Part shown: positions 36,366-47,553 of the stretch, in pieces
Layout of the letters: each line of letters opens with the position of its first letter
Position numbering within the stretch: the stretch's first letter is position 1
From: Escherichia coli
GTDB taxonomy: Bacteria > Pseudomonadota > Gammaproteobacteria > Enterobacterales > Enterobacteriaceae
DNA: 64,000 bases
NCBI RefSeq assembly: GCF_024298765.1
Contig: NZ_CP101212.1
Direction: 5' to 3' (one strand)
Position numbers and translations under genes: made by a program
Notes under the pieces: generated by a model
Told to the model about the DNA's origin: nothing
What the model saw: the letters and a program-made list of their open reading frames with translations, nothing else
Database searches by the model: none

Positions 36366-39300
36366 ATGATAATCATATGCCAGCACCCATCCAGGAGTCA
36401 TGCATCCATAACAATGCGGGACCGGAGCGTGCTGGCTTTTTTGCGGAACGATCCGGCCAGTGGATCGTATTTTACAGACGGAGGAGGCTTAATGCCTGCG
36501 AATCACACTCCCACACCGGCTCAGTCATGGATAGTTCGCCTAGCGCGCGTGTGCTGGGAACGTAAGAAACTTAGTGTCATCGTGGTGGTAGCGTCAGTAT
36601 CGACTATTTTGCTGGCTGCGCTGACGCCACTGCTGACAAGACAGGCTGTGAATGACGCACTGGCGGGCAATCCGGCCCGCCTGCCGTGGCTGGCCTGCGG
36701 GTTACTGTTGATCGCTTTTTTTGATTTCATCGGTAACTATGTGCGCCGTGGTTATGCCGGGATGCTCTCACTCTGGGTGCAGCATACCCTCAGAGGACGG
36801 GTATTCGACAGTATTCAGAAACTTGACGGCGCAGGCCAGGATGCGCTGCGCACCGGGCAGGTGATTTCACGGACCAACAGCGATCTGCAGCAGGTGCATA
36901 CCCTGCTGCAGATGTGCCCGGTGCCGCTGGCAGTGTTCACTTATTACATTGCCGGCATTGCCGTGATGCTGTGGATGTCCCCTGCCATGACGCTTATCGT
37001 CGTGTGCGTACTGGTATGCCTGGCGATCACCGCGCTTCGTGCGCGTCGTAGGGTCTTCGCGCAAACCGGGCTGGCCTCGGACCAACTGGCGAATCTCACC
37101 GAACATATACGCGAGGTGCTGGCACAGATCTCAGTGGTAAAATCCTGTGTGGCAGAGATGCGTGAAACGCACTGGCTCGATAGGCAGTCGCGGCAGATTG
37201 TGCGTGTACGCATCGGTGCGGTTATCTCGCAGGCGATGCCTGGGGCCACCATGCTGGCGCTACCGGTGCTCGGGCAAATCGTCCTGCTGTGCTACGGCGG
37301 GTGGTCGGTCATGCACGGGCGGATCGATCTCGGTACCTTCGTTGCATTCGCCAGCTTCCTCGCGATGCTGACCGGGCCAACCCGCGTACTGGCATCGTTT
37401 CTGGTTATCGCACAGCGCACTCAGGCGTCCGTGGAGCGGGTGTTTGCACTGATCGACACCCGTTCACAGATGGAGGACGGGACGGAGTCGATTAACAGTC
37501 AGGTTGTCGGACTGGAACTGGAGAATATGAGCTTTGACTACCACCATGGCGACAGACATATCCTCAGCGATATCTCCTTTTCCCTGCGCGCCGGTGAAAC
37601 CGTGGCGGTGGTGGGCGCATCGGGTTCAGGAAAATCGACCCTGTTGATGCTGCTGGCGCGTTTTTATGATCCCTGCTCCGGAAAGATATGGCTCAACACC
37701 AGCGAAGGCCGACAAAATCTTCGCGATATCAGACTGGAGGCGCTTCGTCGCCGGGTAGGCATCGTATTTGAAGATGCTTTTCTGTTTGCCGGTACGGTGG
37801 CGGAAAATATCGCCTATGGCCACCCTCAGGCAACGGCGGACGACATTCGCCGTGCGGCAGCTGCTGCAGGAGCCAGCGATTTTATCAACGCCCTGCCGAA
37901 AGGCTTCGATAGCCTGTTAACCGAACGGGGTACGAATCTTTCCGGCGGGCAGAGGCAGCGAATAGCGCTGGCGCGGGCGCTCATTACTGCACCGGACGTG
38001 TTAATCCTGGATGATACCACCTCAGCGGTTGATGCTGTTACGGAAGCGGAGATTAATACCGCGCTGGGTCGCTATGCTGACGAAGGGCATATGCTGCTGG
38101 TGATTGCCCGACGGCGTTCAACACTTCAGCTAGCCAGCCGGGTTGTGGTGCTGGATAAGGGCCGTATGGTGGATACCGGAACCCCGGCAGAACTTGAAGC
38201 GCGCTGTCCGGCGTTCCGCGCACTGATGACCGGCGACAGCGATTTTCTGGCCACGTCCCACAATAGCCACAACGAATTGTGGCCGGCTGAACCAGCGACA
38301 CAAGACGATGTAACGGATACGGGGGATAAAGGTTTTGTCGCCCGTATGACCCGCGTACCGGAAAATGCAGTACAGCAGGCGCTGGCCGGTAAAGGCCGCA
38401 AAGTCACGTCACTACTGAAGCCTGTGGCGTGGATGTTCGTCATCGCCGCTCTGCTGATCGCACTCGATTCTGCGGCAGGCGTAGGGGTGCTGATACTGTT
38501 GCAGCACGGCATTGACTCCGGTGTCGCCGCAGGCGATATGTCGACCATCGGCCTCTGTGCCCTGCTCGCCCTGAGCCTGGTCATTGTGGGCTGGTGCAGT
38601 TATTCTCTGCAGACGGTCTTCGCCGCCAGAGCGGCGGAATCAGTTCAGCATTCGGTGCGCTTGCGCAGCTTCGGCCATATGCTGCGTCTTGGACTCCCCT
38701 GGCATGAAAAGCATGCCGATTCGCGTCTTACCCGCATGACCGTTGATGTGGACTCTCTCGCCCGCTTTCTGCAAAACGGCCTTGCCGGTGCGGCCACCAG
38801 TCTGGTGACGATGTTCGCAATCGCCGCCACCATGTTCTGGCTCGACCCGTTCCTGGCGCTGACGGCATTAAGCGCAGTGCCAGTGGCCGCACTGGCAACC
38901 ATGATTTATCGCCGCCTCAGTACCCCTGCTTATGCACAGGCACGGCTGGAAATAGGCAAAGTCAACAGCACCCTGCAGGAAAAAGTCTCTGGCATGCGTG
39001 TCGTGCAATCGCATGGTCAGCAGGAACTGGAGGGCGCCCGGCTGCGCGCGTTATCGGAGCGTTTCCGCGCAACCCGTGTGCGAGCACAAAAATACCTTGC
39101 AGTCTATTTTCCGTTCCTGACATTCTGCACCGAGGCCTCCTATGCCGCTGTTCTGTTAGTGGGAGCTTCGCAGGTCGCCGCTGGAGAAATGACTGCCGGG
39201 GTACTGGCGGCTTTCTTCCTGTTGCTGGGGCAATTCTATGGGCCAGTGCAGCAGTTATCAGGGATTGTCGACGCCTGGCAGCAGGCGACAGCCAGCGGCA

Positions 39301-40151
39301 AACATATTGATGAACTACTGGCGACAGAAGGCACTGAGAACCTCGGCTCCTCTTCGGTCCTCCCTGTCACCGGTGCACTGCATCTTGATGAGGTCACGTT
39401 CAGTTATCCCGACAGTCACGAGCCAGCTCTGAACAAACTTACCCTGACGATCCCAGAGGGAATGGTTGTTGCGGTCGTCGGTCGCAGCGGTGCGGGTAAG
39501 TCGACGCTGATTAAGCTGATTGCCGGGTTGTATTTCCCCACGCACGGCAACATCAGAATCGGTGTGCAAATGCTCGATGATGCCTCGCTCGCTGAGTATC
39601 GTCGCCAGATTGGGCTTGTCGATCAGGATGTAGCACTGTTTAGTAGTGATATTGCAGAAAACATTCGTTATTCACGGCCATCCGCCACCAATGAAGACGT
39701 TGAAATTGCCTCACAGCGGGCAGGGCTGTATGAGATGGTGTGCAATCTGCCGCAGGGATTCCGGACACCAGTGAATAACGGCGGAGCCGATCTGTCCGCA
39801 GGTCAGCGCCAGTTGATTGCGCTGTCCCGCGCGCAACTGGCTAATGCTCACATCCTGCTGCTCGACGAAGCCACGTCATGTCTGGATCGCACATCCGAAG
39901 AACGACTGATGTCATCGTTAACAGATGTCGTGCATGCCGGGAAGCACTCGGCGCTGATTGTTGCACATCGTCTGACCACCGCGCAACGCTGCGATCTGAT
40001 TGCCGTTATTGATAAGGGGTTACTTGCGGAATACGGAACCCACGAACAGCTGTTATCTGCGGGCGGCCTCTATACCCGCTTATGGCATGACAGCGTCAGC
40101 AGTACTGCGCTCCATCGCCAGCACAACATGAAGGAGGAAACCCCGGGATAG
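36366..40151 (+). CDS. iroC: Salmochelin ABC exporter (fused permease-ATPase, two halves)
   Basis: Two Walker A (GASGSGKST, GRSGAGKST) and two ABC signature motifs; true start may lie downstream of 36366. Confidence 0.85.
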   Translation: MIIICQHPSRSHASITMRDRSVLAFLRNDPASGSYFTDGGGLMPANHTPTPAQSWIVRLARVCWERKKLSVIVVVASVSTILLAALTPLLTRQAVNDALAGNPARLPWLACGLLLIAFFDFIGNYVRRGYAGMLSLWVQHTLRGRVFDSIQKLDGAGQDALRTGQVISRTNSDLQQVHTLLQMCPVPLAVFTYYIAGIAVMLWMSPAMTLIVVCVLVCLAITALRARRRVFAQTGLASDQLANLTEHIREVLAQISVVKSCVAEMRETHWLDRQSRQIVRVRIGAVISQAMPGATMLALPVLGQIVLLCYGGWSVMHGRIDLGTFVAFASFLAMLTGPTRVLASFLVIAQRTQASVERVFALIDTRSQMEDGTESINSQVVGLELENMSFDYHHGDRHILSDISFSLRAGETVAVVGASGSGKSTLLMLLARFYDPCSGKIWLNTSEGRQNLRDIRLEALRRRVGIVFEDAFLFAGTVAENIAYGHPQATADDIRRAAAAAGASDFINALPKGFDSLLTERGTNLSGGQRQRIALARALITAPDVLILDDTTSAVDAVTEAEINTALGRYADEGHMLLVIARRRSTLQLASRVVVLDKGRMVDTGTPAELEARCPAFRALMTGDSDFLATSHNSHNELWPAEPATQDDVTDTGDKGFVARMTRVPENAVQQALAGKGRKVTSLLKPVAWMFVIAALLIALDSAAGVGVLILLQHGIDSGVAAGDMSTIGLCALLALSLVIVGWCSYSLQTVFAARAAESVQHSVRLRSFGHMLRLGLPWHEKHADSRLTRMTVDVDSLARFLQNGLAGAATSLVTMFAIAATMFWLDPFLALTALSAVPVAALATMIYRRLSTPAYAQARLEIGKVNSTLQEKVSGMRVVQSHGQQELEGARLRALSERFRATRVRAQKYLAVYFPFLTFCTEASYAAVLLVGASQVAAGEMTAGVLAAFFLLLGQFYGPVQQLSGIVDAWQQATASGKHIDELLATEGTENLGSSSVLPVTGALHLDEVTFSYPDSHEPALNKLTLTIPEGMVVAVVGRSGAGKSTLIKLIAGLYFPTHGNIRIGVQMLDDASLAEYRRQIGLVDQDVALFSSDIAENIRYSRPSATNEDVEIASQRAGLYEMVCNLPQGFRTPVNNGGADLSAGQRQLIALSRAQLANAHILLLDEATSCLDRTSEERLMSSLTDVVHAGKHSALIVAHRLTTAQRCDLIAVIDKGLLAEYGTHEQLLSAGGLYTRLWHDSVSSTALHRQHNMKEETPG

Positions 40152-40254
40152 TTACTGGACACGTAATGTATTAAAAACACAGTCAGAAGCGGCGGTACCG
40201 TGAATAGCCGCTTTAATTATTTATACTGACATCCTTAATTTTTAAAGAGTATGA

Positions 40255-41484
40255 ATGCTGAACATGCAACAACATCCCTCTGCTATCGCCAGCCTGCGCA
40301 ACCAACTGGCAGCGGGCCACATTGCTAACCTTACTGACTTCTGGCGCGAAGCTGAGTCGCTGAATGTTCCTCTTGTGACGCCAGTCGAAGGAGCGGAAGA
40401 TGAGCGAGAAGTTACCTTTCTGTGGCGCGCCCGACATCCTCTGCAGGGCGTTTATCTGCGTCTGAACCGGGTGACGGATAAAGAGCACGTAGAAAAAGGA
40501 ATGATGAGCGCCCTTCCCGAAACGGATATCTGGACACTGACACTGCGTTTACCCGCAAGTTACTGCGGCTCCTATTCGCTGCTGGAAATCCCCCCCGGCA
40601 CTACGGCTGAGACGATTGCACTGTCCGGAGGCCGTTTTTCCACCCTCGCCGGAAAAGCCGATCCGCTAAACAAAATGCCGGAGATCAACGTTCGGGGGAA
40701 CGCAAAGGAATCAGTGCTGACACTTGATAAAGCTCCCGCCCTGTCGGAATGGAACGGCGGCTTCCACACCGGACAACTGCTTACCTCCATGCGCATTATC
40801 GCCGGGAAATCTCGCCAGATTCGGCTCTATATTCCGGATGTTGATATTTCTCAGCCCCTCGGGCTGGTCGTGCTGCCCGATGGTGAAACCTGGTTTGATC
40901 ACCTTGGCGTATGCGCGGCAATTGACGCCGCCATAAATAACGGGCGCATCGTGCCCGTGGCTGTACTGGGCATTGACAACATTAATGAACATGAACGCAC
41001 TGAGATACTCGGCGGGCGCAGCAAACTGATAAAGGATATCGCCGGACATCTGCTGCCGATGATTCGCGCTGAACAACCGCAGCGTCAGTGGGCAGACCGT
41101 TCGCGCACAGTGCTGGCCGGGCAGAGCCTCGGCGGGATCAGTGCGCTAATGGGGGCTCGTTACGCACCGGAAACGTTCGGTCTGGTGCTCAGCCACTCTC
41201 CTTCAATGTGGTGGACGCCAGAAAGAACCAGTCGACCAGGCTTGTTCAGCGAAACCGATACCTCATGGGTGAGTGAGCATCTGCTTTCTGCCCCACCGCA
41301 GGGCGTACGTATCAGCCTGTGCGTGGGATCGCTGGAAGGTTCGACAGTGCCTCACGTTCAGCAGCTTCACCAGCGGCTGATTACCGCTGGCGTCGAAAGC
41401 CATTGCGCAATTTACACCGGTGGTCACGATTACGCATGGTGGCGCGGTGCACTGATTGACGGGATTGGTTTACTACAGGGTTGA
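40255..41484 (+). CDS. iroD: Salmochelin/enterobactin esterase
   Basis: 409 aa Fes-like esterase with GQSLGG serine motif. Confidence 0.85.
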   Translation: MLNMQQHPSAIASLRNQLAAGHIANLTDFWREAESLNVPLVTPVEGAEDEREVTFLWRARHPLQGVYLRLNRVTDKEHVEKGMMSALPETDIWTLTLRLPASYCGSYSLLEIPPGTTAETIALSGGRFSTLAGKADPLNKMPEINVRGNAKESVLTLDKAPALSEWNGGFHTGQLLTSMRIIAGKSRQIRLYIPDVDISQPLGLVVLPDGETWFDHLGVCAAIDAAINNGRIVPVAVLGIDNINEHERTEILGGRSKLIKDIAGHLLPMIRAEQPQRQWADRSRTVLAGQSLGGISALMGARYAPETFGLVLSHSPSMWWTPERTSRPGLFSETDTSWVSEHLLSAPPQGVRISLCVGSLEGSTVPHVQQLHQRLITAGVESHCAIYTGGHDYAWWRGALIDGIGLLQG

Positions 41485-41568
41485 GTTGACCCACAAACAC
41501 TTTCAGGAAACGGTACAGACTTCCCGAATAAATCAAATTGTCACCTGCGGAAAAGGAATAATCATCAG

Positions 41569-42525
41569 ATGTATGCCCGCGAGTATCGCTCAACACGCCC
41601 GCATAAAGCGATTTTCTTTCATCTTTCTTGCCTCACCCTTATCTGTAGTGCGCAAGTTTATGCGAAGCCGGATATGCGGCCACTGGGGCCGAATATAGCC
41701 GATAAAGGCTCCGTGTTTTACCATTTCAGCACCACCTCTTTCGACTCTGTCGATGGCACACGCCATTATCGGGTATGGACGGCCGTGCCGAATACAACCG
41801 CACCGGCATCGGGTTACCCGATTTTATATATGCTTGACGGTAACGCAGTTATGGACCGCCTGGATGACGAACTGCTCAAACAATTGTCAGAAAAAACACC
41901 GCCAGTGATCGTGGCTGTCGGGTATCAGACCAACCTCCCTTTCGATCTCAACAGCAGGGCTTACGACTATACGCCAGCAGCAGAAAGCAGAAAAACAGAT
42001 CTCCACTCAGGGCGTTTTAGCCGTAAGAGTGGTGGCAGCAACAACTTCCGCCAGTTACTGGAAACGCGTATTGCCCCAAAAGTGGAACAGGGACTGAATA
42101 TCGATCGGCAACGCCGCGGCTTATGGGGGCACTCCTACGGCGGCCTCTTCGTGCTGGATTCCTGGCTGTCCTCCTCTTACTTCCGGTCGTACTACAGTGC
42201 CAGCCCGTCGTTGGGCAGAGGTTATGATGCTTTGCTAAGCCGCGTTACGGCGGTTGAGCCTCTGCAATTCTGCGCCAAACACCTGGCGATAATGGAAGGC
42301 TCGGCGACACAGGGTGATAACCGGGAAACGCATGCTGTCGGGGTGCTGTCGAAAATTCATACCACCCTCACTATACTGAAAGATAAAGGCGTCAATGTCG
42401 TATTTTGGGATTTCCCCAACTTGGGACACGGGCCGATGTTCAATGCCTCCTTTCGCCAGGCACTGTTAGATATCAGTGGTGAAAACGCAAATTACACAGC
42501 AGGTTGTCATGAGTTAAGCCACTAA
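41569..42525 (+). CDS. iroE: Periplasmic salmochelin esterase
   Basis: 318 aa alpha/beta hydrolase with GHSYGG motif. Confidence 0.8.
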   Translation: MYAREYRSTRPHKAIFFHLSCLTLICSAQVYAKPDMRPLGPNIADKGSVFYHFSTTSFDSVDGTRHYRVWTAVPNTTAPASGYPILYMLDGNAVMDRLDDELLKQLSEKTPPVIVAVGYQTNLPFDLNSRAYDYTPAAESRKTDLHSGRFSRKSGGSNNFRQLLETRIAPKVEQGLNIDRQRRGLWGHSYGGLFVLDSWLSSSYFRSYYSASPSLGRGYDALLSRVTAVEPLQFCAKHLAIMEGSATQGDNRETHAVGVLSKIHTTLTILKDKGVNVVFWDFPNLGHGPMFNASFRQALLDISGENANYTAGCHELSH

Positions 42526-42528
42526 ACA

Positions 42529-42550
42529 CTGCCCGCTTTTACGCGGGCAG
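42529..42550. terminator. Bidirectional hairpin terminator between convergent iroE and iroN
   Basis: ctgcccgc-tttta-gcgggcag hairpin. Confidence 0.5.
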
Positions 42551-42569
42551 TACGCCTGAAACACTACGA

Positions 42570-44747
42570 TCAGAATGATGCGGTAACTCCGGCATAGTAA
42601 GCCCGGCCTGGCTCGTTATAGGTATTCGCCCCTTCAGAAGATCGGAAGATCTGTTTATTGAGGATATTACTGACGCCGACATTAAGACGCAGATTTTTAT
42701 TAATATCGTAATTGAAGTTCGTCCCCACCAGTGAATAAGCGCCCAGCTCTTTACCTGACAGACCGCCAGTATCTTCACTGCGGGTTTCCGCATGAGTACG
42801 CGGTTTTTGTCTGCCATATAACGTCCAGTTGACGCTGGCAGAAAACGCCTGGGTGATGGTCCAGTTAAGCGAGTTATTGATAGTATATTTCGGGATGACC
42901 GACAGAGGATTACCGGTGTCTTTTTGCTCCGAAGTGATCATCCATGTGGCATTGGTATTCCAGTTCAGACGATCTTTCACCAGTGGGAAAGACATACTGG
43001 CTTCGATACCGTCCACCAGAGCTTTCCCGCCATTCTGCCACTTGAGGATATATGCGCCTGAAGCGGTTTGCCCGATAACGTTATCCCCGGCCACGATCTT
43101 ATTCTGGTAATCATTGCGGAAGTAGGTCACACTTGCGTGGTAATCTTCCCAGGTGAACTCCAGCCCAATTTCTTTATTGACGCTGATTTCCGGATCGAGA
43201 TCTTTATTACCGATCAGGTAGCACCCGCCTGATGTAATATCTTTTGGACAGCCATTGCCTTTCGAGTAGAGCAGATAGCCTTCACTGGATTGATACAGGT
43301 TTGGGGCTTTAAAGGTTCGGGCAACCCCTGCTTTGACTTTGAAATAATCGCCCAATTCCTGCGAAAGATTCAGACTGGGGCTGAAGTTCCCGCCGGAGTC
43401 GCTGAGATAATCAAAGCGCAGGCCGGGAATGATATTCGTGCCAGGAACCGGCTCAATGTTATCTTCAATATACAGCGCACTGATTTGAGAATGATTTTTA
43501 CTGCTGCGATCCGCAGCAGAGCCAGAAATACCGCTGATATCACTGTCATTCACCGTCAGGCTGGTAGAGGAAGGATCATCGAGCTTATCGCGGTTCCACT
43601 CTGCACCAACGGTCAGCGTTTGATCAACCATCACATTCAAAGGAATATTAAGCTCGCCGCTGGTTCGCCAGGAACTCAGGCGATTGGTCGTAAACTTTTC
43701 ACCCGCTAAAATACGCCCTTCACCACCGCCGGATAATCCTTCATTCATGCGGGTATTATTGGTTTTCTCGTAATAAACACCAAAGCGACTTTGTCCCCAG
43801 TCCCAGATACCATTATGCGTAATGCCATAATTCTGTCGGTACAGGCGGTTCGTCTCTTTGCCGGATTTTGCCAGGCTTTCGGTAACTGCACTGGAAGAAC
43901 TGTTTTGCGTATCGCCCGCATAGATATTCCCCTGGCGGCTATATCCGGCTTCGAAATCGAGAATCTGCTGCGGATTTAATTTCCACGAGACAACGCCGTT
44001 AATATCTTTGTTACGTACCCCTTCATGCCCGGCTGCGTTTTTCGTACCGACCGGAGAATTAATATCCCAACTGTCAGCATCCGTTTTATTCAGGTTACCA
44101 TACAAACGCGTGGTAAGAGCATTACCAGCCAGAGGCCCACTAAGGCTGAAATTGGCGCGACGCGTAGCGCCCTCATCGCTACTTTCCGGCTGATTGGTGT
44201 ATAACGACAGCGAACCGTGCCAGTCGTTGGTGGGACGTTTGGTAATGATGTTCACCACCCCCCCGGCTGCCCCCGAACCGTAGCGCGCCGCCGCAGGGCC
44301 GCGGATCACTTCAATACGCTCAACCTGTTCCGGTGGCACCCAGTTGGTGTCACCGCGGGTATCACGCTCTCCACGCCAGCTATAACGCACGGAGTTACGT
44401 GACGTCACCGGTACACCATCAATTAAAATTAAGGTGTTTTCCGGCCCCATACCACGAATATCGATCTGGCGGTTGTTACCGCGTGTGCCCGAGGCGCTAT
44501 TGCCGGTAAGATTGACGCCAGGCATTTTACGAATAATATCTGAAAGGTCGTTTACCGGAGGGGTCTTTTTAATATCCTCGCTGGTAATAACCGACACGCC
44601 CGGCTGCTGTTTTAATACCTGCTCAGCGGTGGCTTCCACCACCAGAGTCTCGTCATTATCATCGTCGGAGGATTTGGCTACTGATACCTGGCTATTCAAC
44701 CCAACCAGGAGCACAGTTAGCGACCAGAGGATTTTGTTAATTCTCAT
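42570..44747 (-). CDS. iroN: TonB-dependent salmochelin outer-membrane receptor
   Basis: 725 aa with TonB box region and terminal F; recognised as IroN. Confidence 0.9.
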   Translation of the reverse strand: MRINKILWSLTVLLVGLNSQVSVAKSSDDDNDETLVVEATAEQVLKQQPGVSVITSEDIKKTPPVNDLSDIIRKMPGVNLTGNSASGTRGNNRQIDIRGMGPENTLILIDGVPVTSRNSVRYSWRGERDTRGDTNWVPPEQVERIEVIRGPAAARYGSGAAGGVVNIITKRPTNDWHGSLSLYTNQPESSDEGATRRANFSLSGPLAGNALTTRLYGNLNKTDADSWDINSPVGTKNAAGHEGVRNKDINGVVSWKLNPQQILDFEAGYSRQGNIYAGDTQNSSSSAVTESLAKSGKETNRLYRQNYGITHNGIWDWGQSRFGVYYEKTNNTRMNEGLSGGGEGRILAGEKFTTNRLSSWRTSGELNIPLNVMVDQTLTVGAEWNRDKLDDPSSTSLTVNDSDISGISGSAADRSSKNHSQISALYIEDNIEPVPGTNIIPGLRFDYLSDSGGNFSPSLNLSQELGDYFKVKAGVARTFKAPNLYQSSEGYLLYSKGNGCPKDITSGGCYLIGNKDLDPEISVNKEIGLEFTWEDYHASVTYFRNDYQNKIVAGDNVIGQTASGAYILKWQNGGKALVDGIEASMSFPLVKDRLNWNTNATWMITSEQKDTGNPLSVIPKYTINNSLNWTITQAFSASVNWTLYGRQKPRTHAETRSEDTGGLSGKELGAYSLVGTNFNYDINKNLRLNVGVSNILNKQIFRSSEGANTYNEPGRAYYAGVTASF

Positions 44748-44843
44748 ACCTATTCCCTAATAAATGCCTAACTTAAAATGTTTGATCGTTAAGCTCACAT
44801 CCTTGCCAGATATTTCTTACTGCCATTATTGTTTTTATATAAG

Positions 44844-44864
44844 AATGATAATTAATATCATTTA
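44844..44864. promoter_or_regulatory. Fur-box-like sequence in the iroN promoter
   Basis: gaatgataattaatatcattt about 100 bp upstream of the iroN start. Confidence 0.45.
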
Positions 44865-45612
44865 GTAAAAGAAAAAGCAATCCCTCACAAGATACATATA
44901 TTGATTTTTCATAAATATCAAATTGATATATAACATATGTTTTTTATTTCATTGCACTTGTCGATCATCGGGAATTTTGTCACAATTTCTCACGGATAGT
45001 GTTCACATTGTTTCTGACCTGCATTTCAGGCGCGGGCGCTGCTTATGTATATAAGGGCCTGTGGTCGACGAATCAGCATAATCAGATCTTCCTGCGAACA
45101 ATTTCTTTCAGCGTATCAGGCAGCACTATCGGATTATCTACGAGCGTTTTTGATTCACATTGTGTGTGAAACTTCATACATCATGATTCGCTTTCCCTAC
45201 TCAGTTCTGATGATTGTTTTTTATTCTATTAACACGGAGTTAAGATTCTACCCTCGGTGTCCTCATTATTAATGAGGAATGCTACCTATCTAAAAACTGA
45301 CCGAAACTTTGGGGCATCCCTGGAGGTTTCCAAGGAGAAAAAGGTGACAGTGATAGTGCCACATTGTGAGGAAATTCCTGAGAAACTCCTGAGAAACTCC
45401 TGGTTCACACACATAATTCAGGAGCTTGCCATAGATAGTAACCAATTGTTTTATATTTTAAGACCATTAAATACGCGGCTACGATAGCGCTTTATATAAT
45501 CATAAACTGTAGAGATAAAATATCTGCTTCTCTGATAACACTAATTGAGTGTCTTAAACTAAGTAATTTCATTTTTCCCCCTTTAAAAGCAATATATGTG
45601 CAATAGTTGAAG

Positions 45613-46647
45613 TTAAAGCTGTGCTGCCAGAGTTGATAATAATTGTTCTGTCTGTTGCCATGATATGCATTCATCAGTAACAGACTGACCATACTCTAGC
45701 GGAAAACTATCGGATTGTTTTCCATCTTGTAAAAAGCTTTCCACCATAATGCCAGCTACATATCCTGGTATTTTTTTCCGATTATCTATAACTTGACGTG
45801 CAACGGAAATTTGCCGTTTAGCCACTTTACCGCTATTACCATGGCTACAATCAATTATCAGACGATGGTTAATGCCCTCATCATGCATTAATTTCACTGC
45901 CTTAGTTATATCAGACAAACCATAGTTAGGTTCTCTACCTCCACGTAATATTAGATGTCCATGTGGATTGCCATCGGTTAATAGTGTAGATATACTATTT
46001 GTTAAAGATGTCATATATACAATATGTTGTTCACGGGCTGCAATAATAGCGTCAATAGCTAAGTTAATATTTCCATCAGTACTGTTTTTAAATCCAACTG
46101 GACAATGTAAACCAGACGCAAGTTGACGATGCGTTTGTGATTCAGTGGTTCTGGCACCAATAGCACCCCAACATATTAAATCAGCAATATAGGGAGTAAG
46201 AAAAGGATCGAGGAATTCTGTAGCGGTTGCGACACGCATCGTTGTGATTGAAGACAAACACTGGCGAGCATATCGTATCCCTTTCTCAACATCATAACTT
46301 CCATTTAGATCAGGATCGTGCATTATTCCCTTCCAGCCTTTACGGGTTCGAGGTTTCTCAAAATAAGTGCGCATTACAATGTACATTTTCGATAAGTACT
46401 TATTCTGTAATACGAACAATCGCTTCGCATAATCAACTGCGGCCTGAACGTCATGGATTGAGCATGGACCAACAATCACAAGTAAGCGAGGATCTTTTCC
46501 CAGCAAAATATTCGCTATAATATCTCGTTGCAGAGAGATCCATGTTACGGTTTCTTCCGATACTGCGATTTCTTTATGAATCTCGCCCACAGTGGGTAAA
46601 CTGCCAAGCAACTTCCCGCGGTAGATTAATTTACTAGCTGACTGCAT
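45613..46647 (-). CDS. 3-deoxy-7-phosphoheptulonate (DAHP) synthase, class I AroF/G/H-like, divergent
   Basis: 344 aa with conserved GPCSIHD, KPRT, GARTTESQTHR, DCSHGNS motifs; visibly AT-rich codon usage. Confidence 0.85.
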   Translation of the reverse strand: MQSASKLIYRGKLLGSLPTVGEIHKEIAVSEETVTWISLQRDIIANILLGKDPRLLVIVGPCSIHDVQAAVDYAKRLFVLQNKYLSKMYIVMRTYFEKPRTRKGWKGIMHDPDLNGSYDVEKGIRYARQCLSSITTMRVATATEFLDPFLTPYIADLICWGAIGARTTESQTHRQLASGLHCPVGFKNSTDGNINLAIDAIIAAREQHIVYMTSLTNSISTLLTDGNPHGHLILRGGREPNYGLSDITKAVKLMHDEGINHRLIIDCSHGNSGKVAKRQISVARQVIDNRKKIPGYVAGIMVESFLQDGKQSDSFPLEYGQSVTDECISWQQTEQLLSTLAAQL

Positions 46648-46696
46648 CTTGTCTCCTAAAAGCGCTATTTCAGACCATCAGTTGCACACAGTAGAT

Positions 46697-46715
46697 GATA
46701 ATGATAATCATTTAC
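46697..46715. promoter_or_regulatory. Near-consensus Fur box upstream of the DAHP synthase gene
   Basis: gataatgataatcatttac against consensus GATAATGATAATCATTATC; about 50 bp upstream of the start. Confidence 0.5.
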
Positions 46716-46855
46716 TGTATAATTGGCAATATATGGGGATTCATAGTCATTTCTGAGATAATATACGTTAGGCCTTCTCTCCCGTACGGAAATCACTTGT
46801 TTTCCGTAAATTACCTGAATCTTAATCCCTGAGCTGCGGCGGTAATGACTCCAAC

Positions 46856-47359
46856 TTATTGATAGTGTTTTATGTTCAGATAATGCCCGATGACTTTGTC
46901 ATGCAGCTCCACCGATTTTGAGAACGACAGCGACTTCCGTCCCAGCCGTGCCAGGTGCTGCCTCAGATTCAGGTTATGCCGCTCAATTCGCTGCGTATAT
47001 CGCTTGCTGATTACGTGCAGCTTTCCCTTCAGGCGGGATTCATACAGCGGCCAGCCATCCGTCATCCATATCACCACGTCAAAGGGTGACAGCAGGCTCA
47101 TAAGACGCCCCAGCGTCGCCATAGTGCGTTCACCGAATACGTGCGCAACAACCGTCTTCCGGAGCCTGTCATACGCGTAAAACAGCCAGCGCTGGCGCGA
47201 TTTAGCCCCGACGTATCCCCACTGTTCGTCCATTTCCGCGCAGACGATGACGTCACTGCCCGGCTGTATGCGCGAGGTTACCGACTGCGGCCTGAGTTTT
47301 TTAAATGGCGGAAAATCGTGTTGAGGCCAACGCCCATAATGCGGGCGGTTGCCCGGCAT
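46856..47359 (-). CDS. insB: IS1 InsB
   Basis: 167 aa. Confidence 0.85.
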   Translation of the reverse strand: MPGNRPHYGRWPQHDFPPFKKLRPQSVTSRIQPGSDVIVCAEMDEQWGYVGAKSRQRWLFYAYDRLRKTVVAHVFGERTMATLGRLMSLLSPFDVVIWMTDGWPLYESRLKGKLHVISKRYTQRIERHNLNLRQHLARLGRKSLSFSKSVELHDKVIGHYLNIKHYQ

Positions 47360-47553
47360 CCAACGCCATTCATGGCCATATCAATGATTTTCTGGTGCGT
47401 ACCGGGTTGAGAAGCGGTGTAAGTGAACTGCAGTTGCCATGTTTTACGGCAGTGAGAGCAGAGATAGCGCTGATGTCCGGCGGTGCTTTTGCCGTTACGC
47501 ACCACCCCGTCAGTAGCTGAACAGGAGGGACAGCTGATAGAAACAGAAGCCAC
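47278..47553 (-). CDS. insA: IS1 InsA
   Basis: 91 aa. Confidence 0.85.
   Translation of the reverse strand: MASVSISCPSCSATDGVVRNGKSTAGHQRYLCSHCRKTWQLQFTYTASQPGTHQKIIDMAMNGVGCRATARIMGVGLNTIFRHLKNSGRSR

Noticed and set aside
36377-39569. Numerous short ORFs on both strands inside iroC
   Set aside because: All overlap the long, motif-supported ABC transporter gene; GC-rich sequence yields spurious open frames.
45045-45487. Two small overlapping ORFs (75 and 76 aa) and a tandem ctgagaaactc direct repeat between iroN and the DAHP synthase gene
   Set aside because: No start context or recognisable motifs; the repeat is only two units with no spacer structure, so not a CRISPR or iteron array.
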